From Octopus sinensis (lineage: Eukaryota): DNA of 64,000 bases. Positions within the stretch are counted from its first letter, which is position 1. Every line of letters starts with the position of its first letter. The notes beneath the pieces were generated by a model. It was not told the origin of the DNA and did no database searches. It saw only the letters and a program-made list of their open reading frames with translations. Location of the stretch: positions 104,284,001 through 104,348,000 of the forward strand of contig NC_043000.1 of the NCBI RefSeq assembly GCF_006345805.1, written 5' to 3'. Of this stretch, positions 14,251 to 27,799 are shown piece after piece. Position numbers and translations under genes: made by a program.

Positions 14251-15119
14251 AGAAGTCATTGTCATTGTGGTAAGAAACGCATATTGTAGGCTTCTTGCAC
14301 TTCTGACTTGACTTGATTGCTACTATGCAAATTTTTGGATAGTAGCTGAAAATTTATGCAGTAAAGAAAGCTGGTTTTCAGCAACTCCAGTTAGACATTC
14401 TTGAATGGAATAGCAGTAAAACTTATTTGTCTAGAAGGTTAGCAGGACTGTACATAACCATTGTTGCTGTTATATAGAAGTGGTTTACAACTCTGGTCAC
14501 CAATTAGTCGTGATAGCTGGTTGTTGACTTCAATGGGTGCCCAGTACTTGATACATCTACATATTTGTTGTAGGTCACCAGTTGTTGTTATGTGTAGTAG
14601 ATGGGATGGTCGTGGCTGTAGTGCTTTTGATCATATGTCTGCCGTAGCAGAGCTGACCTGGGCTAAACAACAGATCTATCTTCTGCTAGGCATTGACTTG
14701 CTAGAAATAGGAGCCAAACTTCATCAAATCTCATCCTACCATCTTGACAAAAAGATGTATTGAAACATGCAGTCCTTAATATACAAAAGGATGAAATGGG
14801 ATGATGAGTACTAGACTGCTTTTCCAATAAAGATTTGCAAACTCACGAACAATGGAAAGATGTCTGCCTTTTCATCTTTGACAGCATGTAAAAAAATAAT
14901 CAAATGGGCATAGTTGCACATCCTAGAAATAGCAGCTAAATCTTCAAATATCTAATTGTCGACTGCAAAGACCTGACAAATAATGTGAGTTCATGGCTGC
15001 TTCCTGCACCTGTTTCGCATAGCCCCAGCCCATCCAAAGTACCTTGGATTGCAGAACAACCTGCTGTGCTTGAGGAGACCAATTGAGTCAAGTACATCAA
15101 TATCAAATGGAAATTGTAG

Positions 15120-15422
15120 TTGAGATACCTGTGCTGGTGGCATGTAAACAGCACCATCTGAACGTGGCCGATGCCAGTGCCGCCCTGATTGGCTTCTGTG
15201 CCGGTGGCACGTAAAAAGCACCAACTGATCATGGCCGCTGCCAGCCTCAGGTGGCACGTTAAAAGCACTCACAGATTGGTTGGCATTAGGAAAGGCATCC
15301 AGCTGTAGAAACACTGCCAGATTAGACTGGATCCTGGTGCAGCCTCCTTGCTTCCCAGACCCCGGTCGAACCGTCCAACCTGTGCTAGCATGGAAAACAG
15401 ACGTTAAACAATGATGATAATG
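15120..15422 (+). mobile_element. SINE with RTE-like 3' tail
   Basis: Internal repeats ggcacgtaaaaagcac, then ggcatccagctgtagaaac...gctagcatggaaaacagacgttaaac-(atg)n tail. Relatives at 22884-23020 and 24900-25275. Confidence 0.8.
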
Positions 15423-16224
15423 AATATTGGTTAGTTCAGTTTTTAAATCCACTTGTCCCTCAGCTTTTTGGAGTTTTGTGGTTGGTTTCTAAATCTGATT
15501 CCAGCAATATACTTAAAAAGTGTGGATTTGATAACTATATTAGCAAGTCTATGTTGTAAATTCCCATGTTTTTGGATTATGTTGATCAGAGTATGTGAGT
15601 AATAATTCCATCTACTCAGAATATACTGTTGTTATATGTCACACAGCCTGTGAGAAAAACACTCTCTTTGGGTACAGATTAAAGTTGTCTAAAATAGTTC
15701 AATTATGACAGCACTCTTTAGTGAACAGTGGTGTGACCAAGTTCATGTAATATGTTGGCTTCATTTCACTTATATTACTAATGTACTTGGAAAAGACAGG
15801 AACTTCACTGGTAATATATGTATAAGTTCTCTTTATATGGAGTATAAAAAACAATATTTTATGGTTTTGTCTTGATAAGAGATACTACTGATTGCAAATA
15901 GGTAGAAAATACAGAGTAGATATTTTCCAGCCTTATTTCCTTTCAGCTTGAAATAATAATCCTTTCTACTATAGGTACAAGGCCTGAAACTTTAAGGGAA
16001 TGGGGCCCGACCAGCAGAATACAAAAAGTGGAAGAGCAAAATGCTCCAGTTAGGTCAGACAATCATGGATGGAAGCTAATGTGGGCATTCACCACTTCAG
16101 ATAACCTTTCAAGATTCCTCTCAGCTTTTCTTGGTAAGGCAGGCCATTCTGCTCATCTCATCCCTGTTCCTCTTTGGAGATCTGGACCAAACTAGAACCT
16201 TAGCAATTTCATTAGTCTATTTGT

Positions 16225-16422
16225 ACAGAATGGTTTCAAATTTTTACACAAGGTCCAGCAATTTTGAGGGGAGGTGAGTTGATTACATTGCTCCAGTGCT
16301 CAACTGGTACTTTATTTAACTGACTCCAGAAGGATGAAAAGTAGATGGTGGGATTGGAACTCAGAACATAAAGAGCTGGAAGAAAAGCTATTAAGCATTT
16401 TGTCTGGCATACTAATGATTCT
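16225..16422 (-). mobile_element. tRNA-derived SINE
   Basis: Minus strand: gaatcattagtatgccagacaaaatgctt...ttctgagttccaatccc...aagtaccagttgagcactgg...aaatttgaaacca. Confidence 0.7.
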
Positions 16423-18321
16423 AAAACAGGTTTCTTTCTGACTTGACAAAAAGATATGTCTTAGTGCAAGTGTTAATATGTAATTGCATGATACTTGTAC
16501 CTTTTGCAAAAGCAACAAAAGTAAAGTGAACTAACCTCAACTAAGAATTGGAACCAGTTCATCAAGAGTTTTACCTTTTTGTCTCAGGTGTTCTTAAAGA
16601 AATAATTCCTCAGTTTCCTTCATAGCAAAAAAAAAACAAGCAAATCAATCCTAATTTTAGACGTCACCAACTGTAATTACTTTTGGTAAGTAATTATGTT
16701 AACTATAGAAACAGGGCTGTTGGTGTTCCAAATGTGTTAATTTCAACCGTTGGTATTGAATGTTAAGTCATTTGATACCTTATCTTGGCTGAAGGTATTT
16801 TAAACATGTGCTAAAACAGTCTGCTCATAATAAATTCTTACATTCATTCTTTTCACATTGATAGAGATTTATTGCTGCTCTGTATATCACTTCTGTGATA
16901 TCTCGCCATCTCCCTCAACAGCACTAACATACTGACAGGACGGATGGTCAAGACATTTTTACTCGATGGCCAACTGAGAGATAAGTACTTCAAAATAACT
17001 AAACTATAAATAGGTTCTGCAGGGTAGGAACACCACTTACTGCTGAAGGCAGTAGCAACTCTGTAAAATTGTGTGTTGAGTCTAGTCTCACATATGAAAT
17101 ATAGTTTGGAATGGAATGTGCTGATTTATTTCAAATCAACATTTTTTCAGCTTCCATAAGAGGAAGCCAACAAGGTGGGAATTCTTGTGTGCTCAACATG
17201 CCAAACCACTTCCACCATTAATCCCTATTCATAAACAAGGTCAGCAGCTTTACTAAATCTAATATTGCATCTGGCTAGATGCCTGTTAGCTTGTGAAATG
17301 TTATGTATGGCTTTGACCAATGTATGGCTCTGACACAATGTCTTTCTAGTCTTAAAGAGGGGGTGAGGTATATGTGGTCTTCTCAAAACATGCTCAATTA
17401 GCATTATTTCATATAAAATGCTCTCATTTCTTGGGTGCTTCGAAATGCAACTCAAGGGTGTTTGGCATTTATCTCTTCTACAAATGTTTTTGTTATTATC
17501 CAGATCTAGCTCACTACTATAGAAGGGTTTGGTGCAAGATTTGAAACAGTAACTTTATAATTTTAACACTTAAATGAACCAAGTAAAATAAAGTTTGTTT
17601 AGAAATACAACCCAAAAGGTTATGATGTTCACCACAAAACTTTCAGCTAAAACCAGTAAGAGCCTTTTCAAATTATAGACTTAATGATATCTGATGACAT
17701 TTCATGATAACTGCCCATGCATATTTCAAGCTGCAGTTTAGCACAAATTGGGTACCTTATAGGAGATTAGAGAATGCATCATCTCTGAACAACTGTTGAT
17801 CACATAAGATGCAAATTTGCCTAACACTGCTCATGCCTCCAATGGTTCACATCCAAGACACCAACACAAAATTTAATGGGTAAGCAACAACTGTAATATG
17901 GATGGTTTAGGTATACTCTTAGCAGAGAAGTGGGTAAATAGAATGAATGGAATAGCCAAGATCCTACAAGATTGAATTTATGTGACAGAAATTGTGATGA
18001 TTTATTCTGGAGCATAAGCTGGTCCTGAAGTCACTGGGAAAACTATTTGGAAAATTGTTGAACTGTATGTAATTGCATGAGCAGAACTATAATTCAAAAA
18101 GCAGTGGTCTTGCTGTGAGCATCCTGCTTTTTCAGAGACTGCATATCACATAACATTAGTGTGGGTTTATATATATATATATAAATTTGACATGGGCTAT
18201 TCTTTCTTGTCTTGGGATTCATGGTCAAACGGCTGGGTGAAATTGCGCGAAAATCTATACATGTATGTAGAACGATCCGGAGTGATGCTGGGCTTTGTAT
18301 TTTTTTTCATAGCTTCAATGG

Positions 18322-18457
18322 TTACCGAGATAATCTACTATAATCATAATATTGTGTTTATGAATGAGAAAAGAATGTCATATTTTTTTCTTAGCTCCCA
18401 TGTTTACCAAGATAATCTACTACAATTACACTCTTGTGTTTATGAATGAGAAAAGAA
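18322..18457. repeat. Local direct duplication, period about 82 bp
   Basis: ttacc(g/a)agataatctacta...tgtgtttatgaatgagaaaagaa occurs twice. Confidence 0.7.
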
Positions 18458-19063
18458 AGGGTGATACATGAATAAGGAAGGATATGGTGATGTCATACTT
18501 GATAGTATGATGATGAAAATTGTACACTGAAAAAATAAATGAAAATGTTTAAAATTTGTGTGAATGTAAAAAGGGTGGGGTATGTGTGTGTGTGCGTGCA
18601 ATGGAAGTGTGATGGTTAACATTCAATGCTGAAAAGAATAACCAGCATTTCAACTGTGTATTTAGGATGTTTTCCTTGAGTAAAATCTGTTCTCTATAAA
18701 GGTACGTGTCTGTTTTTTGTTGTTATAATTTCTTTGGTATTTCTCGACCAAATTTTATTTAGCATCATTATTATTAAATTTATGCATTTTTAATCAATTT
18801 GGAGATATTTGCTATTGAGTTGCAAATTTTCTACAATGCATTTGATGGTTATTTGCTTTATTTCTCAGGCAAAATTTACAACTTACAATAAAAAAATAAA
18901 ATTATTTCATTCAAAAATTGATTAGCTGTTTTTAGTGATGACTTGAAATTGGAAATATTTTTTCTAACTGTATTTACTTGAAAAAAACATACTTTTCTTT
19001 ATATTTAGCAATTCTTTATACCTACTTTTACGATGCGCCTAAATAAAAACCATCATTATAGAT

Positions 19064-19289
19064 CAGCATTTCTCAACCTTTTTCACAATTCAGCACCCCT
19101 TGGACATTGAAGAATTTATTTCTGCGTCTGTGTTGATGAAAAGTTTAATTCAGATCCCCATGTATCTTAGGTAGACCAGCTGACCCATGAAAAATCTGAC
19201 AAGGGGATGGGGGGAGTCAGGAAATTTTCATACAGCTGGAGGCTCTAATCGAAACAGGGGACCCGAAATGATAAGGTTGAGAAATGCTG
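19064..19289. mobile_element. hAT-type MITE (226 bp)
   Basis: Perfect 17-bp TIR cagcatttctcaacctt / aaggttgagaaatgctg and perfect 8-bp TSD ttatagat (19056-19063, 19290-19297). A partial reversed relative lies at about 41332-41410. Confidence 0.92.
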
Positions 19290-21122
19290 TTATAGATTAT
19301 GCCTAACTGAAAACGATCACAGCCACATCATCCAAACAGACCAGGCTTAGCTGCTAGTATATATATAAAGGTGGCATAGTAAACTTCTGAAACAATGAAA
19401 GACTCAAACACTCATGAAGATAGAAAACACACTTTATGAAAAATATTTAAATTTAAATTATATTTTAAAGACTCCAATTACTGTGTTTTTAGACACAGAT
19501 GTACTTACAGATGCCATTTGAACCAACTGCAATAAAAATTCTTAGCTAAGTCAAACCTGTTTACTTTCATCAATTTGGGCAAGGATAGCATCTTGTACAT
19601 TGGCAGTGTCCTAGATGCTATATAGTCACAATGCCTGAAGGTGAAGGAAATAAAAGGTAACAAATTTCAACATCTAACATATGGCCTTGCTCAACATGCA
19701 GGAATTAATAGGAATTTGATACTATAATTACTACATATAAGCAGGCATAAAATATGCATTTAATTTTAATTAGGAACTAAGATCAGATGTTCTAAATGTA
19801 AAGGCACCAATGAAATAAGATTAAGAAACTTACTATAAGTCTGACTACTCAAACTTAGTTGTTACCTGATATGGCTATAACATGCAAAAATGGACACAGT
19901 GACAGTCAGAGAACTATTAGTTCATTTGGTAAGAAAACAGGTCTTTCTCAATATCTTCATAAGCAGTTGGGTGTAGTAAGTAATGGATGTAGATCTGTAG
20001 CAGGAGAGAAATTAGCCAGTTAGGTTGAGTAATGTTAGTTTGCATAACCAACAATTGTATTCCTTTCCATTAGCAGTCTCAGGAAGTCCTATGTAAATGT
20101 TGTTGGTGCTTCCTCCCACCTCTAAGCTATTCATTAAAGAAAAGAAGTTACACTTCACTTTCTGAAGTATACAATATAAAAAAAAAATCCATTCCAAACA
20201 ACTGATTTTAACAGATGCATCCATCTGGCATTGGAGATAATAAGCTAGAATATATTCTGTTTTAGGGAACAAATAAATGAACAGCTACAAAGAATTCAAG
20301 CATGCATCAATATTCAACTTATGAACATTATCAATATATTTGCTTTAGTAAGGGTACTTCAAAATAATTCTAATTTTGGTGCAACGCCAGCAATCTTAAG
20401 AGGAGTGGGCTAGACAATTATATCTATCTCAGCACTTAACTAGTACTTCATTTTATCAGCCCTGAAAGGATGAATTCTTGAGAATTTGAACATGGAAATG
20501 CAAAGAACTGGAAGAAAAGTTGTCCAACTTACAAATAATATAATGGCTTCAAATTTTGGTACAAGGTCAGCAATTTAAGGGGTTGGAGGTAATTATATCA
20601 GCTATTCAATATCTGGCTTAACTGAATATGGTTTAATGAGGATTCTCTATGTGTGTGTACATTTATATACATAATAAAGTTGGATGGACCATGGACAGTT
20701 CACATGCCACAAATGTTTCAATAGCTTGGTAATTTATTAGCAATCAGGATATTATGTAGGCAAAAGCCACCAGCTATTTCTTTGGTCATTTTAAAACAAT
20801 TCGAATAAAAAAATTTTCCCAAAACTTCAATTTTGAGAAAAAACTCATTGATCCCATCAATCTTCACCACATGGCATATAGCTAATGTTGATGTTGCAGA
20901 ATATTTCAGATCATTAAACAATTGAATTTTACATTTTTCTTATGATCTGATGACAAAAAAGGGATATTAATTTATTAGGTATCCCAACAATGTACACCGC
21001 TAGCCAGTTTCATGCTGAAAATTACCAAGCTAATATGATCAGTAAAATTCAAGCCAAATGATAACTGTTCTATATTAATTTTCCATGCTAACAGGGGTTA
21101 GACATTATTATTAAGTGGACAC

Positions 21123-22094
21123 TCAACAGCCACTGAATGGAGGGCTGGGCATGCTGTGGTTGCTGATGTGCAAACATGTGCTGAGATTGCAGCATCTCCA
21201 GCGTTTCCTTGACAGTGAGCAGGTGTGGTCACTGTAAGAGACTTTTCTGCAGCTTGTCTCTTTGACTGAGCTGCAATCCTGGATTAGGCATAGACCAAGG
21301 CACATGGAGTTCTGTCAAGCGCCCACAGCCTTCTGCCAGGTGGGCAATGCAGTCGGTGGTAGTTCTACTCTAGCGTTCTATAGAGGGCTAGTGGAGGGAA
21401 AGTGCGACGACGTTCTCGGGGAAACTCTGGGCATCAATGAAGATCAACTGACCGGTCTGTTTCGGAGAACTTTCAGGCCTGGGCCTATGGATAATTTCCA
21501 GAAATCCCTTGCTTGGCAGTGCTACTGAGGGGCACTGAAACTTTACAGACACAGAAGTGCCATCAACTGGGCCTGCTCAAGGTACAGCCAGAACAATGAA
21601 ACCATTCTGCATGCCCTAGTATTGCTGACCTGTGAGTTTGTCAAACACCTACTGCCCCACCACCCTCTTTTGGCCGGGAGAGGCAGGCAATTTTTATTTA
21701 TTTTGTGGCTGTAGCAAAAGAGGTAGTATGATGGACCCATTTGAAAGGGCTAAAGACAGAGACTTTCCTCTTTGGGGGGGAAGTGTTGCCTTGTAGCAAA
21801 TTTGTTGTAAGGTGGGCAAATGTTGGAAGAATGGCCAGTGTGAAAGGACCAATTCTGAGCATGCAACAGTAAAAAAAAGAAGGGCTCTTGCCCTGTTGTT
21901 CAGGCACCTGTGGCTTTTGTGGGTTTTTCCACGAGGACCTTAAAGTGCACCCGCTATTGGGAGTTTTTAATTTGTTCAATTTTTATTATATTGTGTACAT
22001 GCGAAAACCTATTGCATCATACTGTTTTTGTGTTTTATGTTGCTGTATGTCTTAATGCTTTGTATGTAAGCCCTTGTGGCTAATAAAAGAATTA
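21123..22094 (+). mobile_element. 5'-truncated Tx1/L1-clade LINE (ORF2 C-terminus plus 3' UTR)
   Basis: GC-richer island; broken frame ...NFQKSLAWQCY...NETILHAL...FVVRWANVGRM (zf-RVT-like); ends ctaataaaagaatta; 16-bp TSD attattaagtggacac at 21107-21122 and 22095-22110. Confidence 0.8.
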
Positions 22095-22883
22095 ATTATT
22101 AAGTGGACACCCATACTATAATTAACTCTGGCTTTTCATTAATAGTAATTAATGGTTTCATTCCACATAACTTTATGTATATCTATTTTCTTTTTATTAC
22201 TTCCAATTTTTTACCTGTAAGCCTGCATTTTGTGCTACATTTTCAAATTTTCATTTGATATGGAAAGAATCTTTATGTCATATGTTAACATTTGCCTGAA
22301 TACCAAAGCTAACAGACAACTTAATGACAGAGAAATAAACAACTGTCACTATTTGTAGTTCAGCAAATTTTCATGCAAAGTGCAAATGTAAGCATTTACA
22401 GACATTGTACCTGGGGAAGTAATAAAACACTTGCTCAAGATGCTGCAGAGTGGGACTGAACCTCCAAATCATAAAGTGGAGAAGCATACTTCTCACCATT
22501 GTTATCTGCACTGTTTCTATCAACCAAATAGAACACTGAACTACTGAAGATACCCTGGGCCAGGCAACAGATTAAGTTTGCTACCAATTTTTTTTTTTTT
22601 TAATTTCTGTCTTAATCATTCACCCACTTAAAATAAGAATATTTTCATTTGAGTGTTTCTGCTTTTGTTTAGCAAGACACTCATCTCGCACTGATCTGGT
22701 TCAACTGCACCTTAGTCATAAAGCTTATTGTTAAATTCTTGAATAACAACTAAGAGTAAATTGAGCTGAGTCAAGGCATTCAGTGAATGCTGTAAATAGA
22801 TAAAAGTACACCTTACAAACAAATAGTTCATAGTTAAAGTGAGAAAGAGATCAGCTTTCTAACATAATAGAATGCTAACAGCA

Positions 22884-23020
22884 TTCATCATCATCATCGT
22901 TTAACGTCCGTTTTCCGTGCTAGCACAGGTTGGACGGTTCAACCAGGGTCTGCTCCAGGCTCCAGTCTGATCTGGCAGAGTTTCTACGGCTGGATGCCCT
23001 TCCTAACGCCAACCACTCCG
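22884..23020 (-). mobile_element. SINE/RTE 3' tail fragment
   Basis: (cat)n-cgtttaacgtccgttttccgtgctagc...ggctggatgcccttcctaacgccaacc is the reverse of the tail at 15290-15420. Confidence 0.8.
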
Positions 23021-23165
23021 CATATATACACATCATCATCATCATATATATATACACACATACAAATAAACATTCACAAATATCAATATACAAACATCAA
23101 ACATATATATATATATATAAATTAAGAAGGATTAGGATTAACTGTTCATTTTGTGTGTGCAGATG

Positions 23166-23200
<35 letters not shown>

Positions 23201-23441
23201 TGAGTATATTTGCGTCCTCTGTGTGTGTTTGTAAAATACCTTAATCGATATTGGAATTAGCAATAAAAGTAGAAATATAAATATCTCGCATGGGTTTCCC
23301 GAATTACCGAAACGAAGAACATTGCTTTTAAATACAAAAACCTTGGATATAGTGAACTGAAAATATTACATTGTCAATTAAAAAGCAGGTTATAATAAAC
23401 AGAATGCAAACACCTGAAAAGATTTAAATCAGATAATCAAA

Positions 23442-23471
23442 TTTATTTACAGTTTCCCCAATGTATTTATT
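23442..23471 (-). terminator. Candidate DNAJB polyadenylation signals
   Basis: Two minus-strand AATAAA hexamers (23442-23447, 23466-23471) about 270-300 nt past the stop codon. AT-rich context limits confidence. Confidence 0.45.
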
Positions 23472-23740
23472 TACAAGTTTCTTTAGGATGCATAGCATCA
23501 ACAGTAAGTTGTCTTCCAGTAATATTGCAGTTGGCAGAAATTACTTGTATCTGATGATTGGATGATATCAGTGGACAACAACTGCCATATAAACTGGAAG
23601 GCAACAAATGTTTCGATTATTGGTTTTTCTGTCCTATTTCAGAAAGATCACATAGCAAAGGACTGTTTTTACAGCCATATCACATAAGACTGGCTGTCAA
23701 GCCCTACATCCCATCCCAAAGTCATTTTTACAACCAGCCT

Positions 23741-23971
23741 TCAAGGTGGCAAACATTCCAGCAAAGTTTGTTTAGCATAAGCACTTAGGCTATCAGGGAA
23801 TTTGACATCAAATTCAACAATTAAGTCCCCTCTGCGCATTGGTTGTTTAGCTAAAGGTAGTCCTTCACCCTGTATTCGTTTCGTTGTTGAAGGTTTGATG
23901 ATTTCTGTGAGACGGAAAGGGATTGTTCGATTACTGATGGTTGGAATTTGAATAGTGGTACCACAAAGAGC
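23741..23971 (-). CDS. DNAJB: DnaJ homolog subfamily B (DNAJB4/5-like) terminal coding exon
   Basis: tttttttAG acceptor; ALCGTTIQIPT...RIQGEGLP...RRGDLIVEFDVKFPDSL...LPP-stop. Joins exon 1 at SLRE|ALCG, as I recall for vertebrate DNAJB1/4/5; total 342 aa. Confidence 0.96.
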   Translation of the reverse strand, partial: ALCGTTIQIPTISNRTIPFRLTEIIKPSTTKRIQGEGLPLAKQPMRRGDLIVEFDVKFPDSLSAYAKQTLLECLPP

Positions 23972-24899
23972 CTAAAAAAAATATAAAGAGTTATTAGATT
24001 ATCTCAATTCACAAAAAAATCTAAACATTGGTTTTTAAAAGGTCAACATTTCAAAATCATGCAAAATACAATGCAACCAAAAGAAATAGTGTGTGTACAC
24101 ACAAATGCACTAAAAGAATGTGTTACAAATCTACATTCCACAATATTTTTGTGCATTAACATTACCAATACTCACATGTATGTGTGAGAGAGTAAGTGTA
24201 TGCATGCATGAACACACGCACTGTTTAATGTTCACTTTTCTATGCAAGCATGGGTCAGATAGAATTTGTTGAGAAATTTCTAACCAGATGCCCTTTCTGA
24301 CACCAACCCTCACCAGTTTCAAAATAAGTTATGAAAAAAAGGCAAGATGTTAGCACTGAGTAGAGTGCTTTACAATATATATTCAGATTCACCCTATTTA
24401 AAATTCTGCCAAAGTAAACTTTGCCTTTCAGAGCAGAATAATTAGAGCAGGTGGGATGCCATGTATTATCTGTACCAGCTCTGTGCATCCCAAGCTTAAA
24501 TCCTGCCTCTTCAACAAGAAAACAGTGACAGTTCTATAAGTTGTGATCAGATAGTATTAGGAATTTGGAAAACCAAAAAAAAATAGTTTCCTTGGTTCAG
24601 TTGGAAGATGATGACTGCCACCACCACCAAAATTGGGTTTAAGGAAACTGAATGAAAGCTCATTGGATGATTGTACCAGTAACTGCCACATCTAGCCTGT
24701 GGGACTTTTCAGCCACTTATACACTACTGTGGTAAATGAACTGCTGAAAATCAGAAATTCTAACCAAGGATTGTAGCTATGTGGTTAAGAAATTTATTTT
24801 CCAACAATATGGTTGGGTTCAGTCACATTGTGCAACACATTGGGCAAGTAGCTCAAGCTCCCAAGTCACTGATTTTGTGCCCTCAAGGATATGTGAAAT

Positions 24900-25275
24900 A
24901 CAAGACCCTCTTTTGAAAAATCACCATCCGAATGTGGCTGATGCCAGTACTCCCCGACTACCATGTCAGTGACATGTAAAAAGCACTATCCAAACGTGGC
25001 TGATGCCAGTACTCACTGACTGGCCCCCGTGCTGGTGGCATGTAAAAAGCACTATCTGAACGTCATCAATGCTAGGCACGCCTGACTGGCTCCTGAGCTG
25101 GTGGCACGTAAAAAGCACCCATAACACTCGGAGTGGTTGGCATTAGAAAGGGTATCCAGCTGTAGCATTGCCAGACCAGATTGGAGCCTGGTGCAGCTAC
25201 TGGCTCTCCAGACCTCAGTCAAACCATCCAATCCATGACAGCATGGAAAATGGATAGTAAACGATGATGATAATG
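24900..25275 (+). mobile_element. SINE with RTE-like tail and internal tandem units
   Basis: Repeated gtggctgatgccagtactc...catgtaaaaagcactatc units, then ...gcatggaaaatggatagtaaacgatgatgat. Confidence 0.75.
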
Positions 25276-25323
25276 AAATAAGGTTAGTATGAAAATGGAC
25301 ACAAAAACAATACATACATACAT

Positions 25324-25362
<39 letters not shown>

Positions 25363-25479
25363 CAAGCATCATTTTGATATCCAATTTTCAATGCTTGCAT
25401 TGGGAAAGTTGGAATTTGTTAATACAGCTTGATTTTTTTTTCCTGTCTCTGACCCTCACGTGTTTCCAAGCAAGGTAAA

Positions 25480-26340
25480 ATTGTCTTATTGCTCAGAAAT
25501 GAACACAATCACTTAAATGATGGTAATTCTCATTGACAACTATTACATGATGTCAAAACGAAACACACACATCTCTGTATGATGAGCGACTTTCAGTTTC
25601 TGTCTCTTAAATCTACTTACTCAAGGATTTGGCTATATAAAATGACATAACCAAGACACCATGCAGAACTGAACCTGAAACAATATGATCGGAAAGCAAA
25701 TTTCCATAACTATAGAGCAATACCGATAACTAAAAATTGATCTTCCCAAGATTTGCAGAGATTTGAAACAAATTCTGCATGACATCCTGCCCAATACTAA
25801 CAACTCTGCCAACTTGTTACCTGTGTGCATGTGCACACATATACAAGAATTTATTACATCTGTAAGATGAAAGAGGTGGTAAGCACAAAATGTGATCATA
25901 AATCAATAGCAAGCCAATAAGCATCACCATGCTTGTTTGTTGTACATTGGTTTGTCCATGCTAGAATAGCTTGGACGAGTACATATGTACTCATGATTAT
26001 GAGTACAACATATTCAGTAATTGTTTTACAGCTGAATGCCTTGTCTGCTAAAGCTTACTTATCCCGAAAAGTATTTTTTTTATTCCACATATTTGAAAGT
26101 GCAGAGCAAGTGAATGATTTATTGACAATGTCAAACTACATACACACACGGGGCATGGTACCTTGGACAAGTGTCTTCTGTTATAGCACTAGGTTATGGG
26201 AATAGATTTGATAGACAGAAACTGAAAGTCGCTCATCATACACAGAGATGTGTGTGTTTTGTCTTGCCATCATGTAATAGTTGTCAATGAGAATTACCAT
26301 CATTTAAGTGATTCTGTTCATTTCTGAACAATGAGACAAT
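25480..26340. repeat. Inverted repeat pair (about 136 bp arms) from two opposed SINE ends in the DNAJB intron
   Basis: 25480-25615 versus the reverse complement of 26203-26340: over 90% identical by eye. Confidence 0.85.
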
Positions 26341-26467
26341 GAGAAAGAAAGAGGTTATGTATGTATGAATGGCTTCAGTGATACACACGCACGCAGATTA
26401 TGTATGTATGTGTGTATATTTATATATATATTTGACCATCCTCACAATGATAAAAGGAAATATAATT

Positions 26468-26638
26468 TATGGCCTACCTCCCCGCCACCACACACTCAGT
26501 GACACTGAAGTGGTCAAAGCTGAAATTCTTAGAACCCCCTTGGAGTCAATATTATGGCCTACCTCCCCACCACCACACACTTAGTGACACTGTGAAGTGG
26601 TTAAAGCTGAAATTCTTAGAACTCCCTTGGAGTCAATA
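26468..26638. repeat. Tandem duplication, unit about 85 bp
   Basis: tatggcctacctcc...agtgacactg...aaagctgaaattcttagaac...cttggagtcaata occurs twice. Confidence 0.85.
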
Positions 26639-26973
26639 CTCTGTCCAGCAGACCAAAAAAATTCTTTCCTTCTTCTTCCCCTCTTTCTCTTTAGCACTCA
26701 CCTCAGATACAAACACACACATACACACATGTTCTCTCTCTCATTTTCTCCTCATCCACCTCACCCTCTTGTACTGTCTTATTCCTCCCCACCACTACGA
26801 AACTCTATAAAATGATTAAAATTTCCCACAAAGGAATCATTTTGATTTGAAAACCCCACTAGAATGGGAGAAAGCGCTAATGATCTAAGTGATATGATAT
26901 ATATATAAAAAATGTAATATATAAATAAATATCTGTAAATATAAACCATCCGATCTTCTGATTATCTCATTTC

Positions 26974-27035
<62 letters not shown>

Positions 27036-27057
27036 AGTGTGTGTGTGTGTGTGTATT

Positions 27058-27561
27058 AAAAATTAGGAAGATTCATGTATTTTTAAATATTTTATACTAA
27101 AAAATAAAATACGGAAAACAGGCACTCGCGAAAATAAACATGTCGGACGATAACTTACTTTTACCAGTCAGATATTGTTAATGATACAAGGGGCCCGACA
27201 ATATCGTCTGCGAATTCTAAGAAGACCGCTTCACAATCTTTTTCTTAAAAGTCAGTTTATAACTAATACATACTATTATGTCAAATTTTGTGCCTGAACG
27301 GGAAATATAACATCATAAAATGGGCGACGATAAAGCGAGTCCACACCACCTAACCCTAAAACTAACCCTAACCAGTGTGCGCAGTAAAAAATCTGATTTA
27401 CAACTATCAAGAATTTGCAAACGTTATTGTCGGGCCCCTCGTATCATTAATAATAACCGACACATCGCTTGACATGTTTGTTTATATTCGCGAGTGCCCG
27501 TTCTCGGTGTTTTATTTTTTAGTATAAAATATTTAAAAATAGATGAATCTTCCTAATTTTT
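27058..27561. mobile_element. Foldback MITE with long TIRs
   Basis: aaaaattaggaagattcat...ggcactcgcgaa...gggcccgacaat mirrored at 27410-27561; telomere-like cctaaccctaa core. TSD unresolved. Confidence 0.75.
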
Positions 27562-27720
27562 GGCATACTTCATTTATTTTGAATATATTTCCCATTTTCA
27601 TAATTTTTTAAAGAAATCAGGCGTCATTTATTTGCAGAGGTGCGCTGCGAAAGAAGTGCCAAGAACCAATTATATATATAATGTCCTTATGTACACTCGT
27701 ACTTGCATATATACTCACAA

Positions 27721-27757
<37 letters not shown>

Positions 27758-27799
27758 AGTATATATGCAAGTACGAGTGTACATAAGGACATTATATAT

